Positions 18,563 through 28,258 of a DNA stretch of 49,119 nucleotides are shown piece by piece; position 1 is the stretch's first letter; each line of letters opens with the position of its first letter. This stretch comes from Coriobacteriia bacterium (GTDB lineage: Bacteria; Actinomycetota; Coriobacteriia; Anaerosomatales; PHET01). Location: positions 1 through 49,119 of the forward strand of contig JBBREQ010000002.1 in NCBI GenBank assembly GCA_038202795.1, given 5' to 3'. The notes beneath the pieces are model-generated. The model did not search any database. It had not been told where the DNA came from and saw only the letters and a program-made list of their open reading frames with translations. A program made the translations under genes and the position numbers.

Positions 18563-19090
18563 CTACCGTGCCGATTCCGGCTCACCTTCGCTGGGACCGG
18601 CGCCCGGTTCGTCAGGCGCCGTTCCCACCTGGTCGAGCATCGCCCGCGCCTGCTTGAACTGCGCGGCCAGCTGAGCTTTGGGATCGAGCCGTTCGTCCTT
18701 GCGCGGACGAGCATCTGCCGTGATGGCAACGGCAGATGCAACCGCGGTCGTATGCGTGAATGAGAGCGACAGGTGCATCTCGACCACCCCCAGCTCGGCC
18801 GCGCGCTCGGCAGCCCTGCCGCTGAGCCGAGGCACCGGCCTACCTGACTGCTCGCGCACGACCTCGACATCGCAGAAACGCATGCCGCGAAAACCGGTCC
18901 CCAGTGCCTTCAGGACCGCCTCCTTGGCAGCGAACCGCAAGGCATAGTGCACTTCGGGACGCGAGCGTGTGTCGCAGTACCGGCGCTCATCTGCCGAGAA
19001 GATCCGCTCCTTGATGCGCGGGCGGCGCGCGATGGCGTCCCGCATGCGGTCGATCTCCACAATGTCGACTCCCAGGCCAAGTACGCTCAT
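18563..19090 (-). CDS. acpS: Holo-ACP synthase (4'-phosphopantetheinyl transferase) with ~50-aa C-terminal extension
   Basis: MSVLGLGVDIVEIDRM...FAAKEAVLKALG...SLSFTHT is the AcpS core (~123 aa), followed by a charged/Pro-rich tail. Confidence 0.9.
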   Translation of the reverse strand: MSVLGLGVDIVEIDRMRDAIARRPRIKERIFSADERRYCDTRSRPEVHYALRFAAKEAVLKALGTGFRGMRFCDVEVVREQSGRPVPRLSGRAAERAAELGVVEMHLSLSFTHTTAVASAVAITADARPRKDERLDPKAQLAAQFKQARAMLDQVGTAPDEPGAGPSEGEPESAR

Positions 19091-19092
19091 CG

Positions 19093-20916
<1,824 letters not shown>

Positions 20917-20984
20917 GGGTTTTGGCCCTTCACTAGAGTGAGAAGTCAGAAGAGTGCGCTTCCCGAACACGCATCAGCGGTCCT

Positions 20985-21177
20985 CGGTCGCACATGAACT
21001 CGGGTCGCTGCCACTTTGTCCCTGGGGTCGCCCTCAGGATTTGTCGGCAACGTATCGACTCCGGTAAGCCGGAGGGCCATCCGCCGAAACTCTCGATAAG
21101 CCCTCACCTCGTCGACTGGGGTGCGTGGTAATTCTGCCCGGCACCGTTGCAGCGGTGCCCCACCAGTCCTGGCGCTT
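20985..21177 (-). ncRNA. glmS ribozyme: glmS ribozyme (GlcN6P-dependent self-cleaving riboswitch) in the glmS 5'UTR
   Basis: Minus strand reads, in order: A|GCGCCAGGACUGG..., GACGAGGUGAGGGCUUAUCGAGAGUUUCGGCGGAUGGCCCUCCGGCU..., AAAUCCUGAGGGCGACCCCAGGGACAAAG. These are the conserved blocks of the glmS ribozyme. Predicted cleavage is between A21176 and G21175. The 3' boundary is approximate. Confidence 0.85.
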
Positions 21178-21400
21178 GAAAATCGCTAGAAAGTCCGCGT
21201 CCTCCTCTCTCTCGCCACTCCTAATCATACCAGCAACCGCGGCCACCGCCGGTGTCGGGGACGTGACGAATCGCCTGCGCCCCGCTTATGACCACGCTTC
21301 GGATAGGCGCGACGGGGCGGTCGTGCGATACTCGATTAGTTTGCCGCCCCCCGAATGCTCCGGCTACGATCTGGACGGGTCAGTGCGAGAACCAATCTAC

Positions 21401-23395
21401 ATGCTGCTCTCCGACGCCAGCCACTTCGCCGGCGGGGTCACCCGCAACGTCTTGCACCGGGCGCGCCTGCTTTCAGAACGGACCGGCCAGGTCGTGACCG
21501 TGTTGACGCTGATACACGCCCCGGACTTCGAGGATGAGATCGCACGCCTGCGTGAATCCGGCCTTCTGGGCCCGTTGGTGGAAGTACGCAACTTCGTCCG
21601 TGAGATGGATCCCACCTGTGGTGCGAGTCACGTGCCTAGGGCCGAGAGCGCGTCTGGGACCTCGCGCCGCGACGCGACAGACCCCGCGTGGATCTACCTC
21701 GACGGGCCAGCACTGGTGATGCCCACTCCTGAGAAGACGAGGCAGGTAGCCCGTGCCGCTCAGGGCTCCTCTCCCACCACCGTGCGCAAGGACTACCCCG
21801 ACTCATCAGGTGCGTCTAGGCGCATCGAGTACTTCAGTCAGTCAGCCGCCAACCGTTGCCAGTCCGTCTACCTCGACGCCAACGGCCGCTGCTTCATGGA
21901 GCTGCACTACGACGACGAAACCAAGAAATCGATGGGCGCGTTTCTCTACGACGTTCACGGCGGTCTGAAGTCCGCCTATGCGAGCCTCAGAGACCTGCAG
22001 GCCGAGTGGGCGTCGGCCATCGCTGCCCAGCACGAGAAGGCAGTGTTCTTTTCGGACTGGCGACACTCCGACGCCGTGCTCGCACGCATGGCGTACCCTG
22101 GCGTTGCGAAGATCAAGACGCTTCATCTCAACCACTTGGCGGACCCGCGCACGTACGGTTCGGAGTTGCAGCCCCGCACGCAGATCGAACTTGGTAGGCT
22201 CTCCCAGTTCGATGCCTTCGTGGCGCTCTCGCACGACCAGCTGGCCGATATCGCACGCCAGTTCGGGCCTCGCGCCACGTATCACGTCATCTCAAATCCG
22301 GCGCCGCATGGGCAGCTCAGCGCACCGGTCGAGCGAAATCCCTTCCTCGTGGTGGGAATCGGCCGCTACCACGTGTTCAAGCGATGGGATCGGGCCATCA
22401 CGGCGTTTTTGCGAGTGGTCGAGCAGGTGCCAGATGCACGGCTTGAGTTATGGGGTTTTGGTCCTGAAGAGCAGTCCCTGCGCGAACTCGTTGAGCGGCT
22501 CGGGCTTTCGTCACACGTCTCGATCAAGGGCATCACCCATGATGCACAACGCGTTCTCGCCGGAGCGGCGCTCTCGATTCTCAGCTCGCCAGCCGAGGCG
22601 TTCGGACTGGTCGCGCTCGAGAGCATGGCGGTTGGAACGCCCATGGTCGCCTTCGATATCACCTACGGCATGCGAGACCAGATCACGTCCGGGGTCAACG
22701 GCATCTTGGTGCCCCATCCGGATACCGACGCGCTGGCCGACGCGATCGTCGATCTGCTCAACCACCCGCGCAAGCGCGACGCGATGGGCCACAAGGCGCT
22801 TGCCTCATCCCAGCGCTTTGGCGAGCGTGAGTGGATCGACCGCTGGCTCGCCGTGATCGCTGCCGCCTGCGAGCAGAGGGAGCACCGCAGGACTATCGAC
22901 GCCGCGAACGCGTCTGCAACGTTGAGGCGGTCGCGTGCGGGCGTGATCGTCGGCTGTCGGGTCCACGTCGAGGGACCGCCCAACGACGAAGTTATGTTAG
23001 CGCTCTACGCGAAATCCCGCAGTCCGTTCCGCGATTCGTACGGACGGCCTGCGTCGCGTCGCGTCGCCCGTTCTGTCCGTGTACCAGGGCCCGTTACAGC
23101 GGACGACTTGACACTCACGAGCATTATCGCCAGCGAGGAGATACGCGCCGAGAAGGCCGTCTGGGACCTCTACGTCAGCTGCTCGGCAAGAAACGCGCAC
23201 CGTTTCGTGCGGCTGTCTGCCGCCAAGGGCATCAAGCTGGATTCGTGGAGCGCAGGTGGCCATGACTTCAAGCCCCACATCACCGAGAACGGCAACCTGA
23301 GCCTCCGAGTGGCCACCTCGAAGCCGCCAGTCTCGCTGGGCGCACGAGCAGCACGCTGGGTGCGCAGGCGGCTGCAGGGCAGCAGCCGAACCTGA
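21401..23395 (+). CDS. GT4-family glycosyltransferase (TagE-like) with ~175-aa unassigned C-terminal domain
   Basis: GT-B/GT4 C-terminal core: GRYHVFKRWDRAI...LELWGFGPE...SSPAEAFGLVALESMAVGTPMVAFD...GILVP (E-x7-E). Start taken at the ATG at 21401 (MLLSDASHFAGGVTRNV...); the GTG at 21383 is also possible. The track ORF's first 92 codons lie antisense to the glmS ribozyme. Confidence 0.85.
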   Translation: MLLSDASHFAGGVTRNVLHRARLLSERTGQVVTVLTLIHAPDFEDEIARLRESGLLGPLVEVRNFVREMDPTCGASHVPRAESASGTSRRDATDPAWIYLDGPALVMPTPEKTRQVARAAQGSSPTTVRKDYPDSSGASRRIEYFSQSAANRCQSVYLDANGRCFMELHYDDETKKSMGAFLYDVHGGLKSAYASLRDLQAEWASAIAAQHEKAVFFSDWRHSDAVLARMAYPGVAKIKTLHLNHLADPRTYGSELQPRTQIELGRLSQFDAFVALSHDQLADIARQFGPRATYHVISNPAPHGQLSAPVERNPFLVVGIGRYHVFKRWDRAITAFLRVVEQVPDARLELWGFGPEEQSLRELVERLGLSSHVSIKGITHDAQRVLAGAALSILSSPAEAFGLVALESMAVGTPMVAFDITYGMRDQITSGVNGILVPHPDTDALADAIVDLLNHPRKRDAMGHKALASSQRFGEREWIDRWLAVIAAACEQREHRRTIDAANASATLRRSRAGVIVGCRVHVEGPPNDEVMLALYAKSRSPFRDSYGRPASRRVARSVRVPGPVTADDLTLTSIIASEEIRAEKAVWDLYVSCSARNAHRFVRLSAAKGIKLDSWSAGGHDFKPHITENGNLSLRVATSKPPVSLGARAARWVRRRLQGSSRT

Positions 23396-23404
23396 CGCTC
23401 CCGC

Positions 23405-24742
23405 TCAGTCCAGCTCGCGCTTGACCGTCTCCACCAGATGATCGGCCAGCGCCTGCGCCTGCTCCTCTCCGGATGCCTCCACCATCACGCGCACAAGAGG
23501 CTCCGTGCCACTCGCGCGAACCAGAACGCGGCCCGTCTCACCCAGCTCCCTTTCGGCAGCGTGAATCGCCTGAGCGATCGCCGCGCTGGTAGCCAGTCGG
23601 GAGCGGTCCGCGACGGGCACGTTGATGAGCACCTGCGGATAGTGCGCCATCACAGAAACGAGTTCAGAGACCGGCTTGCCTTCTTTGCGCGCCGTACACG
23701 CGAACTGCAGTGCAGTCACCAGACCGTCGCCGGTGGTGTTGTGATCGAGGAAGATGATGTGCCCAGACTGTTCTCCGCCCAGGTTCGCCTCCATCGCCTG
23801 CATCTGCTCGAGCACGTAGCGGTCGCCCACCTTCGTCTTGACCACCTGGACCCCCTGCTCGCGCATGGCCACCTCGAATCCCAGGTTCGCCATCACGGTG
23901 GAGACCACCGTGTTACCGGCGAGCATCCCGGCCCGTGACATGTAGGTCGCGCACACCGCCATGATCTGGTCACCGTCAACCGGGGCACCCGTTTCGTCCA
24001 CGAGTAGAACCCTGTCGGCATCGCCGTCGTGTGCGATTCCCAGGTGGAAGTCCCCTCCGCGCACGAGTTCGGTGAGCGGGCCCAGATCGGTCGAACCACA
24101 TCCTACGTTGATGTCCATTCCGTCGTTGTCGCAGTTGATCGCGGTGACCTCAGCTCCCAGCCGCCTGAGCGCCTCGGGTGAGGAGACCGATGACGCGCCG
24201 TGCCCACAGTCAACGGCCAACCTGAGTCCGGTCAGGCCGCACTGCACCGTTGAGACCGCGTGCTGGATGTAGCGCTCCAGCGCATCCGCGACCACCTCCA
24301 CCCGACCCACCCCGACACCGGTCGGGCGCTCCAGTTCACGCTCGCCGTCACAAAACGCCTCGATCTCATCTTCAAGCTCATCGGGAAGCTTGAGTCCTTC
24401 TCGGCTGAACATCTTGATGCCGTTGTACTCGGGAGGATTGTGGCTGGCCGAGATGACCACACCACCGTCGGCCCCCAGCTCACGCACGAGCAACGCAACG
24501 GCAGGTGTAGGGACAATGCCACACAGAAGCGCATCCCCGCCGCCTGCGGTTATGCCCGCGACCAGTGCCGCCTCGAGCATCTCGCCACTGCGTCGCGTGT
24601 CACGGCCGACCACGATGCGTCCGGCTCCCCGGTCGCCCAAGAAGTGACCGGCAGCCTCGCCCAGCTTGAACGTCAGCTCAGGACTCAGATGCGCGTTGGC
24701 GACACCGCGGACCCCGTCGGTGCCGAACAGCCTCGTGCTCAC
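23405..24742 (-). CDS. glmM: Phosphoglucosamine mutase
   Basis: GTG start at 24742 (VSTRLFGTDGVRGVAN) with GGGAGG 8 nt upstream. Phosphoserine loop ISASHNPPEYNGIK; Mg site GIAHDGDADR. Confidence 0.96.
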   Translation of the reverse strand: MSTRLFGTDGVRGVANAHLSPELTFKLGEAAGHFLGDRGAGRIVVGRDTRRSGEMLEAALVAGITAGGGDALLCGIVPTPAVALLVRELGADGGVVISASHNPPEYNGIKMFSREGLKLPDELEDEIEAFCDGERELERPTGVGVGRVEVVADALERYIQHAVSTVQCGLTGLRLAVDCGHGASSVSSPEALRRLGAEVTAINCDNDGMDINVGCGSTDLGPLTELVRGGDFHLGIAHDGDADRVLLVDETGAPVDGDQIMAVCATYMSRAGMLAGNTVVSTVMANLGFEVAMREQGVQVVKTKVGDRYVLEQMQAMEANLGGEQSGHIIFLDHNTTGDGLVTALQFACTARKEGKPVSELVSVMAHYPQVLINVPVADRSRLATSAAIAQAIHAAERELGETGRVLVRASGTEPLVRVMVEASGEEQAQALADHLVETVKRELD

Positions 24743-24764
24743 GGCGTGTACCTCCCTGAAGTGA

Positions 24765-24795
24765 AACGGGGCCCGCCGCAATGGCGAGCCCCGTT
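24765..24795 (-). terminator. Stem-loop between rpsI and glmM (terminator/attenuator candidate)
   Basis: mRNA AACGGGGCUCGCC-AUUGC-GGCGGGCCCCGUU: 13 bp including one G-U pair, followed by UCACUUC. The glmM RBS sits just downstream. Confidence 0.5.
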
Positions 24796-24821
24796 GTCGG
24801 TTCGATCTGCAGGCCGTAGTC

Positions 24822-25220
24822 CTAACGCTTTGAGAACTGCGGCTTCTTACGGGCCTTCTTCAGACCGTACTTCTTACGCTCGACCATACGCGGGTCGCGG
24901 CGCAGGAGACCGGCCTTCTTGAGCTCAGCGCGATAGTCATCCCCGGCCTCGAGGAGCGCGCGCGCGATACCGTGACGCAGCGCGCCGGACTGGCCGGAGA
25001 CGCCGCCACCGTGCAGAGTCGCGATGACGTCGAAGCGATCGACCGTCTCGGTGACCTTGAACGGGGTGAGTGCGAAGTTGACGAGCGCCGTGCGACCGAA
25101 GTACTCGAGCGCGGGCTTCTTGTTGCAGGTGACCTGACCGGTACCCGGCACGAGGCGAACGCGCGCAACGGCGTTCTTGCGACGACCGGTACCCAGGTAG
25201 ACTGCTTTGTTCTCAGCCAT
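24822..25220 (-). CDS. rpsI: 30S ribosomal protein S9
   Basis: 132 aa: ...[21 protein letters not shown]...[26 protein letters not shown]. Confidence 0.97.
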   Translation of the reverse strand: MAENKAVYLGTGRRKNAVARVRLVPGTGQVTCNKKPALEYFGRTALVNFALTPFKVTETVDRFDVIATLHGGGVSGQSGALRHGIARALLEAGDDYRAELKKAGLLRRDPRMVERKKYGLKKARKKPQFSKR

Positions 25221-25223
25221 GTA

Positions 25224-25658
25224 CTAAGCCTCCAGCGTGATCTGACGCGGACTCTGGGCCTCGTGCGGATGCTCGGGGCCTGCGTAGACCTTGAGCTTGC
25301 GGTTCATGGCGCGACCCAAGGTGTTCTTGGGAAGCATGCCCTTGACGGCCTTCTCGAGGATGCGCTCGGGGTGCTTCTCCAGCATGCGCTGGAACGAGAC
25401 CTCTTTGAGTCCACCAGGAAAACCACTGTGAGAGTAGTAGTTCTTGGTGTTGGCCTTGTTGCCGGTAAGGCGAACCTTCTCGGCGTTGATGATGACGACG
25501 AAGTCGCCGGTATCGACATGCGGGGTGTAGGTCGGCTTACGCTTGCCCTTGAGAATCTGAGCAACCTCACTGGCGAGACGACCGAGCACCATGTCCGTAG
25601 CGTCGACGAGCAGCCACTCGCGCTCGACTTCGCCTGGCTTGGCGTGGTAGGTCTTCAA
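25224..25658 (-). CDS. rplM: 50S ribosomal protein L13
   Basis: The TTG at 25658 gives [20 protein letters not shown]..., a typical L13 N-terminus, with GGAGGA just upstream. The track start (TTG at 25670) has no RBS. Confidence 0.95.
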   Translation of the reverse strand: MKTYHAKPGEVEREWLLVDATDMVLGRLASEVAQILKGKRKPTYTPHVDTGDFVVIINAEKVRLTGNKANTKNYYSHSGFPGGLKEVSFQRMLEKHPERILEKAVKGMLPKNTLGRAMNRKLKVYAGPEHPHEAQSPRQITLEA

Positions 25659-25727
25659 CGGATCCTCCAACTGAAAGTGAACATCACAGGTGTTCGCTCA
25701 CGGGGCTAGCGGAAGGCGAACCCTGCC

Positions 25728-25756
25728 ATTCTATTCGGGAGAGGCGTCAGCGTCAA
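25728..25756 (-). promoter_or_regulatory. Near-consensus promoter for rplM-rpsI (TTGACG-N17-TAGAAT)
   Basis: Minus strand: TTGACG (25756-25751), 17-nt spacer, TAGAAT (25733-25728), about 65 nt upstream of the rplM start. Confidence 0.6.
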
Positions 25757-25803
25757 CAGACACGCGTCCGGGCGTATCCATCCCCCTTTGCGCCTGCTGT
25801 GCG

Positions 25804-26622
25804 CTAGTCCGCCCACACCTCATGCGCATAGCTCACAGCGTGAAGCGTGAGACCGTGCGCAGGGGCGGTGGCGCCGGCGGCATCACGCGCACACGCCGCA
25901 AACACCTCGGCCACCCACGCGGGGTCCTGGCGCCCCACTCCGATGTCCACCAGAGTGCCCACCAGTGTACGAACCATCGAGTGCAGAAACGACCTGCCCA
26001 CCACACGGACGGTCAAGCACGGCTCGCCCAAGTGCTCCTCGGCCCTGATCTCGAGCACGTCGATAGTGCGAACGGTGCTCTTTCCCTCGGCCGAGTCACG
26101 CACGCAGAAGCTGCGAAAGTCATGCTGCCCCAGCAGCCGCGCAGCACCCGCCTGCATGGCCTCAAGATCGAGGTCCTTGGGTACGTGCCAGGCGAACCTG
26201 CCCAGAAACAGCGGAGGGACTCTGCCGGGCACGATGCGGTAGCGGTACTCGCGGCTGTTCGCATCGAACCTCGCCGAGAAGCCCGGCCGAGCCAACCGCA
26301 CCTGCCGCACCACGATGCCCGTGCCGACAAGTGCCTGGAGCGAGCGACGCAGGCGCGGGGGGTCGATCGTGTCGCCGGCCACGTCGAAGCTTATGACCTG
26401 CCCCAGGGCGTGGACGCCGGTATCGGTGCGTCCTGCCCCCACGATAGCCACCGGCCGTCGCAGCGCGGTCCCCAGCGCCTCCTCGATGCGACCCTGCACG
26501 GTCTCGAGTCCGGGCTGACGCGCGAACCCGCGAAACGGCGTGCCGTCATAGGCGATGAGCAGGGCAGCCGAGTCTCGCCTCGTACCCGCGCGCATCTCGT
26601 CGTCATCTGTTTGCTCGCTCAC
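25804..26622 (-). CDS. truA: tRNA pseudouridine(38-40) synthase TruA
   Basis: 272 aa: IAYDGTPFRGFARQ..., catalytic GAGRTDTGVHALGQV, FLHSMVR. Confidence 0.95.
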   Translation of the reverse strand: MSEQTDDDEMRAGTRRDSAALLIAYDGTPFRGFARQPGLETVQGRIEEALGTALRRPVAIVGAGRTDTGVHALGQVISFDVAGDTIDPPRLRRSLQALVGTGIVVRQVRLARPGFSARFDANSREYRYRIVPGRVPPLFLGRFAWHVPKDLDLEAMQAGAARLLGQHDFRSFCVRDSAEGKSTVRTIDVLEIRAEEHLGEPCLTVRVVGRSFLHSMVRTLVGTLVDIGVGRQDPAWVAEVFAACARDAAGATAPAHGLTLHAVSYAHEVWAD

Positions 26623-26633
26623 GTGCTACCTCC

Positions 26634-27425
26634 TCACAACAGTATCGCCACCGCAAAGGACAGTGTCACCGTGCCAGCCAGCACCATCCAGTCTTCGGGT
26701 CGCATCACAAGTTCACGCAGTCGCGAACGTTCCTTACCGGTGTAGCACCGAGACTCCATCGCAACGGCCAAGTCGTCGGCGCGCCGGAACAGTCGGACAA
26801 AGAGCGGAATGAGCACAGGAATCCACGCTCGTGCCCGCGCTGCAGGCCCGCCGCGGTCGAACACCGCTCCGCGGGCCGTCTGAGCGACCACGATCCGCTC
26901 GGCCTCCTCGGCGGTGGTGGGAATGAAACGCAGCGCGATCGAGAACATCATGGCGACGTCTTCCACGGGAAATCGCACCACTGACAGCGGCCGCATCAGG
27001 GACGACAACGCGTCGGTAAGTGCCACAGGCGAGCTCGTGAGCGTGACCAGAGACGCCCCCAGCATCAGGATGACGATTCTCAGGGCGAGGAATGCGCCGG
27101 AGGACAGCCCGGGGATGCTGATCGATACCGGCCCCCACTGCACCAAGGCATCCGGGTCCCGCCAGCTGAATGTGTGTACCACAAGGGTGAACAGCAGCAG
27201 CCAGAGCACGGGCCTGAGCCCGCGAACCGCGAGTCGCCACGACACACGCGACAGCCCGATAGCTGCGGCGACCGCACCCGCGACCACGAGCAGTCCCGGC
27301 CACCCGCCCACCGAGAACAGAGCGATGGTCAAAGCGAACGTCGCGACGATCTTCACACGTGCATCGAGCCGATGCAGCGCCGAATCGCCCGGAACGAACT
27401 GGCCGAAGGGAACCGGCACGCTCAC
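26634..27425 (-). CDS. ecfT: ECF transporter transmembrane component EcfT
   Basis: 263 aa, polytopic: LHRLDARVKI..., plus the coupling-helix region ARGAVFD...IPLFVRLFRRADDLAVAMESR. Follows two ecfA genes. Confidence 0.9.
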   Translation of the reverse strand: MSVPVPFGQFVPGDSALHRLDARVKIVATFALTIALFSVGGWPGLLVVAGAVAAAIGLSRVSWRLAVRGLRPVLWLLLFTLVVHTFSWRDPDALVQWGPVSISIPGLSSGAFLALRIVILMLGASLVTLTSSPVALTDALSSLMRPLSVVRFPVEDVAMMFSIALRFIPTTAEEAERIVVAQTARGAVFDRGGPAARARAWIPVLIPLFVRLFRRADDLAVAMESRCYTGKERSRLRELVMRPEDWMVLAGTVTLSFAVAILL

Positions 27426-28258
27426 GGCATGACACCGCCCCGAAAAGCAAGCGAACGCGCGGCCTCATGCGGATCGAGGCTGAAGGTATAGCCCGATGCG
27501 ACCTCACCCACCGCGATACGCTGAGCCTCGAGCACATCTGGGGCTCGCAGGCCCGCGGAAGCGAACAGCTCCGGCGCGGCGATGAGGTCCCCCGCCGGCA
27601 CCGTGACAAGCGTGCGGCCGGACCCCAGCACCACGACGCGGTCGGCATCTCCCAAGAACTCCTCGGCGCTGTGGCTTACCACCACCACACCCGATCGCTC
27701 TCGGGCAGCGAGCAGAAGCAACCGCATCGCACGTCTGCCCGGACCGTCGAGCCCCGCTGTGGGCTCGTCGGCAAGAAGGTAGGCGGGGCCCAAGGCGAGT
27801 ACCCCAGCCACCGCGACACGCCGCGCCTCGCCGCCCGATAGCGAGAACGGAGAACGCGCACCGAATCTCTCAGGATCGAGCTCGACCGCTAGAAGCGCCT
27901 CACGTGCGGCAATGAGCGCCTCATCGCGCGTGGCGCCCATATTCCTGGGCCCGAACGCAACGTCACCGAGCACGGTGTCCGCGAACAGCTGAGTCTCCGG
28001 ATCCTGAAACACTAAGCCCACCGCACCGCGGGCCGAGGCGGGATCAAGCGGTGAACCGTCGATCGTCGCCCGGCCCTCGTCGGCACTCAGCAGACCTGCT
28101 GCGATGCGCAGGAGCGTTGACTTGCCCGAGCCGGTGGCCCCGAGCACAAGCACCAGCTCGCCTCGCGAAACCTCCATCGACACGTGTTCGAGTGCGGGGA
28201 CGCTGTAGGTGGTCCCCCGAGCATACGTGTAGCTGACATCGCGGAGGCTGAGTGTCAC
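27422..28258 (-). CDS. ecfA2: ECF transporter ATPase EcfA2
   Basis: 278 aa. Walker A GATGSGKSTLL, signature LSGGEARRVAVAG, Walker B LLADEPTAGLD. 4-nt overlaps on both sides. Confidence 0.92.
   Translation of the reverse strand: MTLSLRDVSYTYARGTTYSVPALEHVSMEVSRGELVLVLGATGSGKSTLLRIAAGLLSADEGRATIDGSPLDPASARGAVGLVFQDPETQLFADTVLGDVAFGPRNMGATRDEALIAAREALLAVELDPERFGARSPFSLSGGEARRVAVAGVLALGPAYLLADEPTAGLDGPGRRAMRLLLLAARERSGVVVVSHSAEEFLGDADRVVVLGSGRTLVTVPAGDLIAAPELFASAGLRAPDVLEAQRIAVGEVASGYTFSLDPHEAARSLAFRGGVMP

Noticed and set aside
18523-18870. 116-codon N-terminal extension of Nnr. Analogous extensions exist for tsaE (5476-5808), map (33272-33466), rpsE (36519-36665) and rplO (35653-35742).
   Set aside because: Each extension overlaps the upstream gene out of frame and is Arg/Ser/Pro-rich nonsense. 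Conserved N-termini with RBSs lie at the internal starts.
20917-20970. 18-codon N-terminal extension of GlmS (MFGKRTLLTSHSSEGPKP)
   Set aside because: GlmS needs Cys immediately after the initiator Met. ATG-TGC at 20916 has a GAAGGG RBS, and the extension would lie in the ribozyme-containing 5'UTR.
21125-21400. First 92 codons of the 756-aa glycosyltransferase ORF
   Set aside because: They are antisense to the glmS ribozyme and its promoter. There is no GT4-like sequence before MLLSDASHFAGG, and the composition is poor (Ser/Pro/Ala runs).
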